Assembly: GCA_964035545.1 (NCBI GenBank)
Contig: OZ037765.1
Span: 11,418,698 to 11,482,697 of the forward strand
Direction: 5' to 3'
DNA length: 64,000 nucleotides
From: Bugula neritina
Taxonomy: Eukaryota; Animalia; Bryozoa
The translations under genes and the position numbers were made by a program. Position 1 is the stretch's first letter, and each line of letters opens with the position of its first letter. Below, piece after piece: positions 1-12,741 of the stretch. The notes under the pieces were generated by a model, which was not told the DNA's origin, ran no database searches, and saw only the letters and a list, made by a program, of their open reading frames with translations.

Positions 1-3000
1 TCAGCAACAATCATTTGCTAGACAGGAATATAAACAACAGCAGCAATAGAAAACTTATTTTAAGACCATTTACTACTGTTTTGTGGCTATGACGTCAGTA
101 ATTAGATTATAGTCAAGTTAATAGTTCGTGGTCACGTATAGAGCAAACTATAAACAGGGCCAACAGTAAATTTATACCCACATATTAGTAGCATGCAATT
201 TATTAAAAAAATATTATAGCTTTGGTTTTGTCAACTTTTTACAAACTTAATCATTTATTAGTTATCATCAAATTGTAAAACAAATCTTAATCTGTAAATG
301 TAAATGTATATATTTCTTTGCATAATAGAAGCTGCAACTACATCATGATATAGTTTTTAGTTTTCATTTGGGATCCAACCTCATTCGCATGTTGAGCTTT
401 CTCATATTCTCGTATTTAGAAATAAGTGTAGATTTCCATCATCTTTCTCTAACCTCTGTTTGATCTAGAGAATACATTTTGCAGTGTGACAAGTTACCAT
501 TTTTGAAATTAAATTCGTTTCAATTTTGTAATCCTAACCAAAAAAGGTAGAAGTAAACAAAAAATTGTATATTTGTCATCAGTTGAAACACTGAGTTACA
601 TGTAGTACTTTTACATTTCAAGCACACGATTATATCAAAAACCTAACTGTATGAGACTATTGATAAAGGCTAATTCGAGTGATTTCTTACGAAACTTCAT
701 AACTACCATGATCTCTGCTGCGTATTAGAGAATTTACTAGTACACACAAGTATATATCTCATAAAAATATTTATAAGCTGTGTGTGTTGCACACCAACAC
801 CAAGCTGTGCTACCCAATTCTGCCTGTAAAATAGTAAAAAAGCTGGCAAAGCCTAACAAATTTACCCTTTTATGATCTCCATCTTATATTTCCTAACCAA
901 TAATGGTAGACAATGTAACTAAACACTGAGTATATAACACTGACCTAGGGCTAGTTGGAGATTTCTTATTTATTGTATTATGCATAGACTATGATTATAT
1001 ATAGAGCAGAAAGACTCATACACCGAAAGGTTACTGTGGTGGTTCAGGGGATAGCTAAAATGAGCAGTTGCCAGTATAAGCTAAATATTTATAACACAGA
1101 TTATTTCTTGAAAATTAACAGGTTACAAGCAAGCCTGCTGCTAAATTGTTGATATTTGAACCTAACTGAACGAATTTGTGCTGTAAATAGAATTTGCTGG
1201 CAGTCAGCTTTGCAAAGTAAAATATGAGAATTGGCGTCAAATGACTAGAGTTATCAGCAACAGACTTTATGGGAACTGGAATAATATAGAGCCTATACAG
1301 TTTATATCACATGCTTTATATGAATTAAAATAGCTACAAGCAAGCTTTTACACATGTGTATGGTCTACATGAAGTAGTGTTCACACTAATAGCAACTTAT
1401 TCATTACTATTAATCACTATAAGTTATATACAGATAAAAGTTACAGTAAAAAATATGTAAGAATATTATTCACCATTATATGTCATTTTGTTTGTTCATG
1501 CTGCATATAGATGCTGTAAATAAGTTATAGTCATGTAATATTATATTGAGAAAAAAGTTGGCAGCAATAGATCACATGCATGGTTCTTAGAACAGCAAAG
1601 GTTATAGAATATTACTTAATAACTATCTATTTGTGTAATATCCTTTAATAAATATTAAAACCCTGAATTTTTATTGTCTTTTTAAATCTTGATAATCATG
1701 ATTTTCAAAATTGCCATCTCTGTGAGAATCCCAATGGTAAGAGCTTTTATGCTGACTTCAAACTGTACCTCAAACTATGCCACTAACTGGCTTTAAATAT
1801 AGATTTAGAACGCTGCAAAGTTAATAATTTAGAAATTATTAAAGTTTTATTGTTGATTTTCATGTTGTTTAATTCAACAGTTTTATTGTTGGCTGTAATT
1901 TTTGTTGCTGAATAGTAAATGCATCAGTACTAGAAATTAGCTGGGCTTTAGAATAGCCTACTGTAGCAATAAAACTTTAAAGTCTGCAGAGGAGCATGCA
2001 AGTAAGCATGTAAAAAGAAGACAAGACTATACATTGCTTTTAATTTAGTAGCAGTTCTATAGAATATTGAGTTCCTTGGTGCTGATAAAAAATCCTTGAT
2101 TACCTGCAAACTACAAATGATCAAAGTTTTGAAGGAATCTAAACAAAAAGGCTTCAGTTTATATCATTATAAAAATTCATGCTGGAATTATCTGTCCAAG
2201 AGTAAATGATTCTGAAAAGTAGAAAATGGTGACTTCACATGGTACACATAAAAGGAAAAAGGCTTTTATCAACCTATGACATACCTAGCTCGCATTTAAA
2301 ACAGATATCTACACATGACAGCCTATTTCTGCATTGCCTCAAATAGAAGACAGCTAGAAGTTTTAACATAAACTCTCTTATCTTGATTATTTTTGTTAGT
2401 TGGAAAAATTCAGGATACGATTTTCTTTTGCTTATTGCGCAATGTAGAGCTGGAGCCAGCAACGGAATATGAATTTCACAACAAGAGGTGTGGCTGCAGC
2501 ATTAACATCAACGACAGTCATCAAGTTAATTTTAGAACAATTCCAGAAAAGATGTACACTCAGCTGTTATATAAATATTTAGGTATTAGTTTCAAAGAAA
2601 TATTTTAAATCGCTATATATGTATGTTAAGAAGGTCAATCTAGTTGAATTGGCATGCATTCATTGAAAACAGTATTCATAGACTTACTGTACAATTATTG
2701 TAGTTGCTACAAATAGGCCAAAGTATTAGATATATAATAAAATATGAATTATCATTGTTTTAATTTTTATACAATTGTGTTTTATTCTTTATAACTCCAA
2801 ATCTATTTAAAAGCTCTTTGCGTTTTGGAGTTGAATTTTAAACTTACAATTAGACTATATAGTAGGCTTATAAATAGCTTTAGGTGTAGGCATGGGTTTT
2901 TATACATGTGATTTTGTTTCCCCAATAATGGAATGTTTAATATGATATGTTTATCAGTTTGCAAGACCTAATAAATTCTAGGTAATTTATAAAGTTGATT

Positions 3001-3256
3001 TCTTTACTAAATCCTTTATCTTTATTCCTGGCATATCAGGAGAAAACATCAGTTCAATATAACTTAATACTTGATACAACTAATTAAAAGCTATTAAGCT
3101 TCATGTATTATGCTTATAGAAAATTAAACTGATCAGAATATGATTCATTCAACTTTAATGTTGAATGGGTTCAACAAAATTGTAGCTTTATTTTTAATTT
3201 TTGACTATTTTGTTTTTATCTCTTTTATTTAAATGGTCACATATATATACAAATAA

Positions 3257-3435
3257 GGGAGCAGCCGTGGTCTAGGGGTTACTGGTTAGGCTTAGTAAGC
3301 ATGAAGTCATGGGTTCGAGCCCAGACGTAATTGCTCCTGTACCGAATATGAATAAGTCTTTATCCCGATTTTTAAAAAACACCATTTCCATCATGGGGTT
3401 CTGACAGGGATAGTGACTATAAAACTTGTGTGAGT
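3257..3435 (+). mobile_element. tRNA-derived SINE copy (internally deleted)
   Basis: Head GGGAGCAGCCGTGGTCTAGGGGTTA (A box) and GGTTCGAGCCC (B box); tail ..CAGGGATAGTGACTATAAAA..GAGT shared with the other copies. Confidence 0.75.
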
Positions 3436-4235
3436 TTTATATGCATACAAACACATAAAAATTAATGTATTTGGCTATTGTTGAGGGTTGTATTTTAACA
3501 TTCAGTATTTAATATTTTGCTTCTTTATTAGATTAGTTTTAAATTATATCTTGCTTATGTTTATTTTTCAGTTGACACAGTATCACGTGGCCTTTCTTTT
3601 CATTTGCTAATCAGACTAGCTTGAACTAGAGCAAAGAGCAGATAATAGCTAGATATACCTACACACTTTTGTCCATAATGGATAGCTTTACAATTTACAC
3701 AATTCTACATTCGCCAGCACACACATGATTTGAAGGAGAGATAACTCTATCTCACACCTTACATCTGAAAGGAGAAAAAATCTAGCTATATTTATGAGCA
3801 TAACTTATAATTACTAACTATGCGACCATCATGTGTCTTTATCATAGAAGAATAAGTAGTTTTAAAAAAACTGTTGTAGTCTAGGCTTCAACACACTGTG
3901 CACATGTACATAACTTTAGAGTGAATTGACGAGTTGAAACACTTTGAACATAGACTTAGTATCGCCCCTAAGGCTAAAGATCTTTTCTCAGCTTATTGCT
4001 TTCCGGTTCCTGATAACATTAACTGTACAACAATCATTTTTGCAAAATGTTCAACTTTATGTTATATTAATATTATTTTCATTTTATTATGAAGCTAAAC
4101 TTTTTGTCACCACTATATTTGTCTGTTTCAATGTGGCTTTATTATTGTTCTTAATCTTTGCTTTGTTCATTGTCAACAAAACGATTGTTGATAGTGACGG
4201 TAAACTGTAGACAGTAGTGTAGACGTATCGCCCGT

Positions 4236-5100
4236 ATCGGTATTCATATTCATATTCATATTGCATTTCAATTTGCTTTCTATTAAACTCAATATTAATA
4301 ATATTGTTATTACTTTTAAACCTTAAAGTTAATCTCAATCTGTCAGTGTCAGTATCACTGCAGCTATGTAGTTTTACTATTAGTATTAGTATTACTATTA
4401 GTATTAGTATTAATATTTATAATCTAAATCTTAATCTACTCAAAGAAAATCAAAATGAAAATATAGCAAGTACAACATTAACTCAAACATACACTATACA
4501 TTATGATTATACACTTATACAGTGTGAGTGTACTGAAGTCTGAAACTGGAAGTGACTGTGAGCAAGTATGAGTATTAGTATTACTATCAGTATCAAGATG
4601 ACTATGACTATGAGTATTATCAGTGTCACTATGATAGGTGCTATGTCTGTAGTGTCAGTGTCACTATCACTATGAGCATGAAATTGAATATCTCATTTGT
4701 TTAATTTAAATTATTAAATGATTAATATTTATATTTAGTTGTAGTCTCACTTTATAACTATGCTATTTCATTGATTTGAAACAAATGATGCCCATCATAA
4801 TCATTGCTATAATAACAATGAATATGATAGTCACCTCTATTCTGATTCAGAAGTCTTTATGAATGGTGATTATTGGTGACTATCAGTATAACTGTGGACA
4901 TAAGATTAAGAGTCACATTAACTTTAAGACTGTGATTAATATTATTAAATATATTACATGTTATTAAAGACTTTCAGTATTACATTTTATTTTATGATTT
5001 AGTGTTAGTGTTATAACTTTTAGTTATAGTTATGCTTATTACTACTAGTCAAGTAAAAATCAGAATATTGGTAAATTATGTTTTGAATTTTGAGTAATTA
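4236..5100. repeat. Tract of heterogeneous hexamer-periodic micro-repeats upstream of ZDHHC6
   Basis: (TATTCA)3, AATCTC/AATCTG, TCAGTG/TCAGTA, (TATTAG)n, AAAATC/AAAATG/AAAATA, (ATGACT)2, (GTGTCA)2, (AGTTAT)2. Confidence 0.7.
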
Positions 5101-5502
5101 AACTTCGAGTTAGAAGTTCATTGTGATTATAGCTGTGGTAAATATAATGATTGATTATTGTTACATTTGAACTTGGTGAGTTATTGTTATTTGTAGTCCA
5201 GTAACTTTCAACTTTTCCGTGCCATTTATCTAGTATCTACTGATTAAATTTAAAGAAATAACGTAACTTGTTTTTTAATGTCTTCTACTGCTAGCTAGCC
5301 ACATTGGACATCAATTAGAACAACTTGTTATTTTCAAATTGTATACACATTATCCGAAGTTGTGACGAAAAAAATTTGCTGATAAATTATGAATTGCATA
5401 CATTTTTTTTAAATGCTGTGCTTTCTGCTAAAATGAAGGCTTTGCAGCTATAAAGAAGATATATATTTACTAATAAAATGTAAACTGCCCAAATGGAAGC
5501 AA

Positions 5503-5755
5503 CGATTTTAGGTAAAAATGGCACAGGTAATAATGGCAAAGCAGGTAAAAATAGCACACTAATGTTAAATTTTCCTAACCCCCAAACCCTCCACTCGAAA
5601 CCCAAGCCCCCAACCCTTAAACCCCAACCCCTAACTTTAACCCCCCATCCCCAAACCTAAACCTCTATTCCCAACCCCCCACCCCAAACCCTACTTTGCC
5701 ATTTGTGCCATTTTTACCTGTGCCATTTTTACCAGTGCCATTTTACCAGGCATCG
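5503..5755. mobile_element. Small foldback-like element with 15-bp tandem arms and a degenerate CCCTAA-like core
   Basis: Left arm (GGTAAAAATGGCACA)-like x3; right arm (TGTGCCATTTTTACC)-like x3; termini CGAT..ATCG; C-rich core 5574-5693. Confidence 0.7.
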
Positions 5756-6103
5756 AAAGTGACAGCTTTTTATTTAGTATTAAAGAAAAATGACAGTGTA
5801 TTATAGTTATGTATAGGCTGATAATAGTTGCATCAATAGCTCATATGATATATATGCAGCTTACAGTATTTTTCTGGTATTCCAGCTCGTTTTCTTTAGA
5901 TACTTGGCAGTTTATGAACAACACAAAATATAACATAATATTGCTGTGCTACACAAACATATAATGCTAAGATTATTTATGCATGGATTGTTGATATTTC
6001 AATTTGTATTTTTTTCTGGCTATACCTTGTGTTATAAGTAAAAGAGTATCAATAAATATATTATTTATTTTATACTGATAGTAATATTATAATTTCTTTG
6101 TAG

Positions 6104-9100
6104 ATGGAGGCATCAAAATCTCGTACAGAAGAGCCTGATTGTCGATTTTCAAGCTATTTGGGTCCCATCAGATTATTGCACTGGGGACCTATTATTGCCA
6201 TCATAATAATATTATGGATTTCTATATTTACAGTTTATTGCAACTTAATGTTTTGGCCTATCGATTCTAATGGGGGTATTACTAATCTTGCAATATTTCT
6301 TACATGGGTTAGTTGGATATAAGTATAGATAAACTATAAGCCGATTAATTCAAAAAAAGTGTCTGCATTCTATTACACATACATAAATACATGCCTACAG
6401 ATATACGTATAAAATATGTATGTGCATGTATGTAAGTGCATATGTATTTTAAATTGCTTTGATTCTTTTTTGGGATTCAAGTAAAATTATTTTGAAAGTC
6501 TTTAATATTTCTCATAATTATGGGGAATGCAAAAAACTTATCATGTATATAATGTCCCACTAACAATAACTCAATTAGGAACTAGTTCTTATAGCTAATT
6601 TTGTCTATATTTAAGGTGTTCCTAGTCTTCTATCATCATTACCGAGCTTCAGCTATTGGGCCTGGTTTCGTGCCATTAAAATGGAAGCCAAGAAACCCTA
6701 AAGATTGTGACAAGTTGCAGTTTTGCCTGACTTGTCAGGGCTACAAGGCCCCTCGGTCACACCATTGCCGCAAGTGTAATAGGTAATATTTATTGTGTCT
6801 TGTATATGTGTAATACTATAATAGGCGATATTTATTGTGTCTTGTATATGTGTAATGTTGCAATAGGTTATATTTATTGTGTCTTCTATATGTGTAATGA
6901 TGTAATGGTGATTTTTATTGTGTCTTCCAGGTGTATAGTATTTAGTTGTGAGTCTTGCTTATGGTTGGTAATACTTTGCAGAAACCTCAGTTTTAATAAC
7001 CCATGAATATATTATTAACACTGCAAAATTTGATTTCATTAGAGTTTTGGGCTTGCAAACTAAACTAAAATGAATAATTTACTTTTGAATTTGCGTTGTA
7101 GATGTGTGATGAAAATGGATCACCATTGCCCCTGGATCAATGTATGCTGTGGACACATGAACCATGCCAGTTTTACTTACTTTCTTTTCTTTGCACCAGT
7201 AGGATGTATTCACGCTTTTTATATATTGGCCATGTCCTTATACTATGGATTTAACATTGTAAGTCTGCTTGTTCAAATAAAACAACTTTTCAAGCATTGG
7301 TTAAAAATTAATTTGTTAATTTGAGTCTGTATTAATGATATTTTCTTGTGATTTTCAGCATCTGCTATTTTTATGTTGCAAAATTTTGAACTTCAATTAA
7401 ACTGCGTATTAATTGCATTCATAGAGAATGCAATTAATATGCAGTTTAAAAAATAAACACTCTCTATTTGTTATCTTTAAAGGAGCTAATTGACAATAAT
7501 TTAAAAAAAGCAAACTAGGAGAGATGTTACAGTTTTTAAATTAGCTTGCAGTTTTTGCTCTAAATATGGTGTTAAATCACCCACTGTTCTCATATGACTA
7601 AGTATAGTAACCCTGTGACGATACTGATGTTGTTCGTATGGGATGCCAGTACACCTGAAGCATGTATTTTCTTTCAGAGATGGTATATACAGTTTGGTGA
7701 CGGCACTGAGCCCAGGGTTATCTTCTCTCTGTACACATTGATAGGAAGCATGTTTGCTATTGGCTTAGCGTTTGGTATTATAGTATCCGTGGGTATTCTA
7801 TTAATTGTGCAAACTAAAGCAATATGGAGGAACAGGACAGGCATTGAAGATTGGATAGAGCAGAAGGTTGGCTACTAATCTGTAACTCTTGGTGTTCTAC
7901 TATTGTATACGTAGAATAAATTGTACTTGAGTAAATATGTTATTGCACAACAATTGCAAATGGATAATTATGTTTTTACTTTAAATTATTATAAAGAGCA
8001 AAAATTTAGCAAATTTCAATTTAATTTGCACATCTCCGATTTAGCCAATATACGTGTGAAATATGTCATATGACAGCACCAGCACATAAGTTTTTGCTTG
8101 ATTAATATGCACATGTTTTTAATATAAACTTAATATGGTTACCTTTCACCGCCGTGGTCCTGCGCGGGTGACGGGTTAATAATTTAATATATGCTTCATA
8201 TAATAAATTTGAATACTGAGAAGTTATAAATATACTGGAAATATGAGAGAAGACTTGAATTTTGTACATAAGTTTGTATTTAGTCAACCTACCGAGACAG
8301 GGATGATGACTTTGTGTACCCTTATGATCTCGGAGTCAGGCGAAACATCACGCAGGTATTATTCACTTCCAATGGATGGCCGAAATCGAATGGATTTTAT
8401 TGGGATGTTAGAGAAGGCTGCACTCAGTTTGATCTCACAGTAAGTTTATCTAAAGTAGAAATATATTTGTCCTTTGTCTAAGTGAATGTCAGTACATTCC
8501 AGTGTTGATATATGCAGTTTATTGTAGTAGGTAATAATAAATTCAAAATCATAAAAAGTTGACTCAAAAATTAAATGTTTTCGTAGAGGAATTTAACAGC
8601 CAAAATTTCCAAAATTCTGAAACATGATATAAAAAAATTTGCTAATTTTTCGAAAGGAAAAAGAATTTCATCAAAAATGTATTGTTTGGTTAATAAAAAA
8701 GATTTAACTAGAAAGTTATATAAAGACTACTTCTTGCTTACCTGATAACATTAGTGAACTCTGACCCCTGTTGACGTATAGCAGTTAAAAATGCTAATGT
8801 TACAGATTGAGCAGAAGCTGCAAAAAGCAGATAAGAAGGCAAGATCTCTAGAATATGTTGGTATAAAGAATTACTCTGGCTCTTTCTTTCCTATAACTCA
8901 CGGGCCGTGTGTCTGCTGTTGCTTTCCATGGTCAGATGAACCGAGGGTGCCGATCGCACCAGGTGATAAAATATCCGTCACCAGGTGGCGCAAGTGAGTC
9001 ATACTTTATTTTCATACTTTTTACTCATTAGCAAAGCTTTAAAGAGAAAATCTTTCGTCTGTATTAATTACAAAATTCAACCACTTTGCTCTTTCACACC

Positions 9101-10299
9101 TTTTCTGTGTATAGCTGAAATGGACAGCTATGGCCTTGCATGCATAAGGACACTTGCTTAGCTCACAATGCACTAGGCATGTAGTTTAGATCATATAAAT
9201 GATGATGTCTATAAAGCTCTTTAGTTACAAGTGTTGGGAACTCCTAAAGCCTTGTTTTCAGCATGGTTTAAGGCAAACAACCCTGGCATGGCAATTTAAT
9301 TTCAATGTAATCCAAACATGTGCATCAACTAGCGTAGCTATTTTTTTATCTAAAATTGTTTATAATTAACTCTATTATTGCTATATAATATATTATATCT
9401 ATGTTTAGTTGTCAACAGTTATAATGAACTTATATCTGTTATGAATATATTACATTATTTCACATCCATATTCATATATATGAATGGTATATGTAATGTA
9501 TTTTAGATGCTATAATGTTGTGCTTTGCGTACAATATTATTTTGAATTACACCTGATAAGTGCAAATGAGTGAAACCTGAAGTAGTGTTAGAACAAAAGT
9601 TTTATATTTAAAAGAATATATCATTCTTTATAAATTCTCTAGTTGAATTATTTAGCTATGTAGTAAATTTAGCTTTACAAACTCTAGTTTGTTTCACAAT
9701 ACAAGCACTAATTAAATTGAAATATAATTTATGAATTTAAATTTATTTTGTAGGAGATGGTTATATGGAGACAAGATTTTATCACAGTCTAAAAGAGGTA
9801 AATTACATTATAAATTTAAATAGTTGTAAGTCACAGTTGAAGTTCAACAGTGTTAGTTGAATAGTCACAATGCTTGTCTATAGTAAATTCAGCTTGGCTA
9901 AACCATGCTAATGTGTAATTAATTACATTTTGAAGTTGTACTCTCATTTTCTAGCAACAATGCAAATGGAATTGTTTTTTATTCTATTTATGGAAAAAGC
10001 GTTAACCTTTCTTTTTATTTATAGACTTGTTAATAAAAGCTATGCTTTATGTCATGCAGGAAAGTAAGACCATAGAAGTAATATTTAGTTTAAATTTATT
10101 ATTGACTATTGAGGCAATAGGCAAAGCTATAAAAAAAGCCCTTCAAGAAATTATTGGCTTGTAGTTCTAAGTTTCTTATGAATGTGTTTTAGGAGATAAC
10201 TCAGTGCCAAGGGAAAGAGGATGGTTCCCAAAGCATTGTGTTGCTAGTGTAGCTGAAAATAACGGCAGTGGTGATGGGAAATTTAAGAAAAATGAATGA
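6104..10299 (+). CDS. ZDHHC6: Palmitoyltransferase ZDHHC6 (DHHC-CRD plus C-terminal SH3-like domain), 8 coding exons, 403 aa
   Basis: Exons 6104-6307, 6616-6782, 7102-7258, 7678-7866, 8284-8439, 8806-8993, 9754-9797, 10193-10299; all GT-AG, in phase, 1212 nt in total. Motifs: [60 protein letters not shown], RGWFP, and a C-terminal KKNE (KKxx ER-retrieval signal, as in ZDHHC6). Confidence 0.95.
6775..6940 (+). repeat. 42-bp tandem repeat, ~4 copies, overlapping the ZDHHC6 exon-2 donor
   Basis: Unit approximately TGTAATAGGTAATATTTATTGTGTCTTGTATATGTGTAATAC, repeated with divergence. Confidence 0.85.
7397..7449. repeat. 24-bp-stem hairpin in ZDHHC6 intron 3
   Basis: TTAAACTGCGTATTAATTGCATTC-ATAGA-GAATGCAATTAATATGCAGTTTAA; one G:T pair. 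Confidence 0.8.
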
Positions 10300-10811
10300 A
10301 TACATTTTACAGTAAAAATATAGTTAATGAAAACTTAAAATAGCCATTATTTTGTTTTTACTTCTATCATCTCTATAATATATTAGGCATACTTAAGTTT
10401 TATCTGACTTATTCCTTATTTTCAATTCTATATCATTACCTCAGTTTTTTTAGCAAATTAATTCTCTTCTCTTCCACTATGCAAATTATATTGTAACTTT
10501 TAATTGAAATGTTCTATTTAACTAAAATGAATAGTAACACTCATAACGATTATGTAGTGTTTTTATTGTAGATATATTATTTTGACATGTTGAAAGTTAT
10601 CTGCTCCTGCAGTTTTTCATTTAGTTTATGATTAATAAATTCTCAAAGTTTTGACAATCAGGATTCATATCTCAAAGCTTTGCTCAAGGGGTGAATAACA
10701 ACCCTTGTGTGCTATAAATTGATAGGGTTGATACATATATTCTATTTATTGTTATGCATGCAGTCAGTCACCATTTTTCAAACTACTCTAGACACTTTGT
10801 GCCCTGCATGG

Positions 10812-12741
10812 CTATAAATAGTTCCTAGTGCATGTAATTTAATTCTCAAATAAATCTCTGGTTTCTTAGAATTATTTAAAACTGAAATTTTTACTTACTA
10901 CCATCTCTCTTTGGAAATTAACTTAATATAAAATATAAAAACTGACATATTTTTTACTCCTCCGTGTAAGCTAGCAGCCCTTAAACAAATCTCAATAAAA
11001 AATGTTGCTCATCACAGATGCAGAATAGAAATGGTGAGATTCGTGCTGAAAAGAGTCCAGCCTTCCTGTTTTCTCAGTAAAAGAGCATTGAGCTAGAGCC
11101 TGCAGTGTTGTTTTAGAAGACAATAGAACAAAAAGTTATTTTAAGTGCATTGGCTAGAAACAACTTTCATAACAATATAATTAGGAGCCTGCACTAATTA
11201 GCAAAACCTGAGAATTTTGATTGAGCCCATCCTAGCCTTAGCACATGTTGTATTACTCAGCCTTGCTGTACTTACTAATGGAGTTAACATCATCTAGCCT
11301 AAATAATTTCTTAGATTCCAAGCAGTAGAATCATTGCAGTAATGAGATATACAGAAAGCTTTATTTATGTAGAGTATTGCAGTAGTACAGCAGCTGTTGG
11401 CTATATACTAATCACTCGGTTACTGCTGCTGCGCCAACATGGTAAGTGATAATTTATGTTAATATACTAGTTACCTTGCAGTAAGCACACCCTAAACAAG
11501 AACTACATAGGTTGGTTGTGGGCTACAGAACATAATGCTTTGTGAGCAATATTTTAGAAGAAAATATATAATTGTAAAATTGATTGTTAATTAGAAATTT
11601 TTTGTATTAAATTTCTTTATAATTCGAAGGCAAATAGTTTATATTGCACAAGTTTTAAATTGACGGTCAACATTTTAATTTATAGGTTTTGGGTATACAC
11701 ACTACAGCTATAATTTATAGAAATACTTGGACCTGTAATGCTGCATTTTATATATTACACTTTTAGTAACATATTATATTATTGTTGAGCTTTTTCTACT
11801 CTTGACTTAAAGTTTATCTCTCTTACTACAATAAAAGCATCAGTACTGCTAAAGTAATTCAGTGGTTATTAATACAGTCCAAAACTAGCTAGCAAGCACA
11901 TGTATACCATATCATGCAGGAAGAGAAATTGGTCTTTATTGTTCTTGCACTTTACTTTACTCAATGCAACTATTACATGAACCTTTTTAACTCAAAATAA
12001 AATGATCGAAATTTTACATTATATATATAATCAAATATTATAAATGTGTTTTATATATGTATTTTAAAAAGCTACATGCATAGCTTGAGCTCCAAAATTT
12101 GATATTTGTGAAGAAGGGTATTTACTAATGTGATGATGGTTATCCATACATATGTCATACATGATGAATTATCTAAGATTCAATACTGATTGTAGGGTGA
12201 AGATGAGCAGCCCAAGTTAACCAAGCAACAGGAGGATGGTTAGTTGATATATAACAGTTGCGTTAGAGCTAGTAAGACCTGTGAAATGGCAATAGTGGTA
12301 ACGATTACACAGGATAATTATTTTCTAGTATAACTTCTTAGTTAATATATCTCTTAATCTTACATATTTTTAGATCTAGCTATAATGATGCCTATAAGCA
12401 ATGTAAAATGATTGCCAAAATAAAATTTGGTCTTTTAAATATCTACTAACTGCCTGACAGCAGTTAGTCTTTTGGACAACAAAAGTTCATGTAGTTGAGA
12501 TTGTTAATTATGTAGTTGTGTTAATTAAGGAGTGGGTTATTGAATGTCCCAACTCTTAGGTTGTTTATCTGCCACAAGATGCATATTGCAATTAATAAAC
12601 TCTCATAGGTGAGTGAGCTCTCTACTTGATGTTAATATAACTGCTAAGGCAGTGCAGTCACTCTAATGTATTAATGTGTTGCAGAATTTTATACACGCAG
12701 ATTAGCAGTGCATCCCTTCAGTCTAGTTAACCCATATAAGG
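10812..12741. promoter_or_regulatory. Candidate muscle cis-elements around the troponin C 5' end (MEF2, E-box, CArG)
   Basis: CTATAAATAG 10812-10821 (MEF2 consensus); CAGCTG 11391-11396 just before a TATA-like CTATATA; CCATATAAGG 12732-12741 (perfect CArG). Such motifs also occur by chance in AT-rich DNA. Confidence 0.3.

Noticed and set aside
3257-3330. tRNA gene
   Set aside because: A/B boxes are present, but there is no complete cloverleaf and the sequence continues into a body shared by dispersed copies with TSDs, so it is a SINE head.
3944-4543. ORFs 3944-4210, 4087-4338 and 4304-4543
   Set aside because: Low-complexity dipeptide runs arising from the hexamer periodicity and AT-richness; no domain signal.
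5574-5693. Telomere or interstitial telomeric array
   Set aside because: Highly degenerate, short and enclosed by inverted tandem arms; better explained as the core of a small mobile element.
8139-8179. GC-rich imperfect hairpin ending in GGGTTAA (piggyBac-like end or Helitron 3' hairpin)
   Set aside because: Too short and degenerate to classify.
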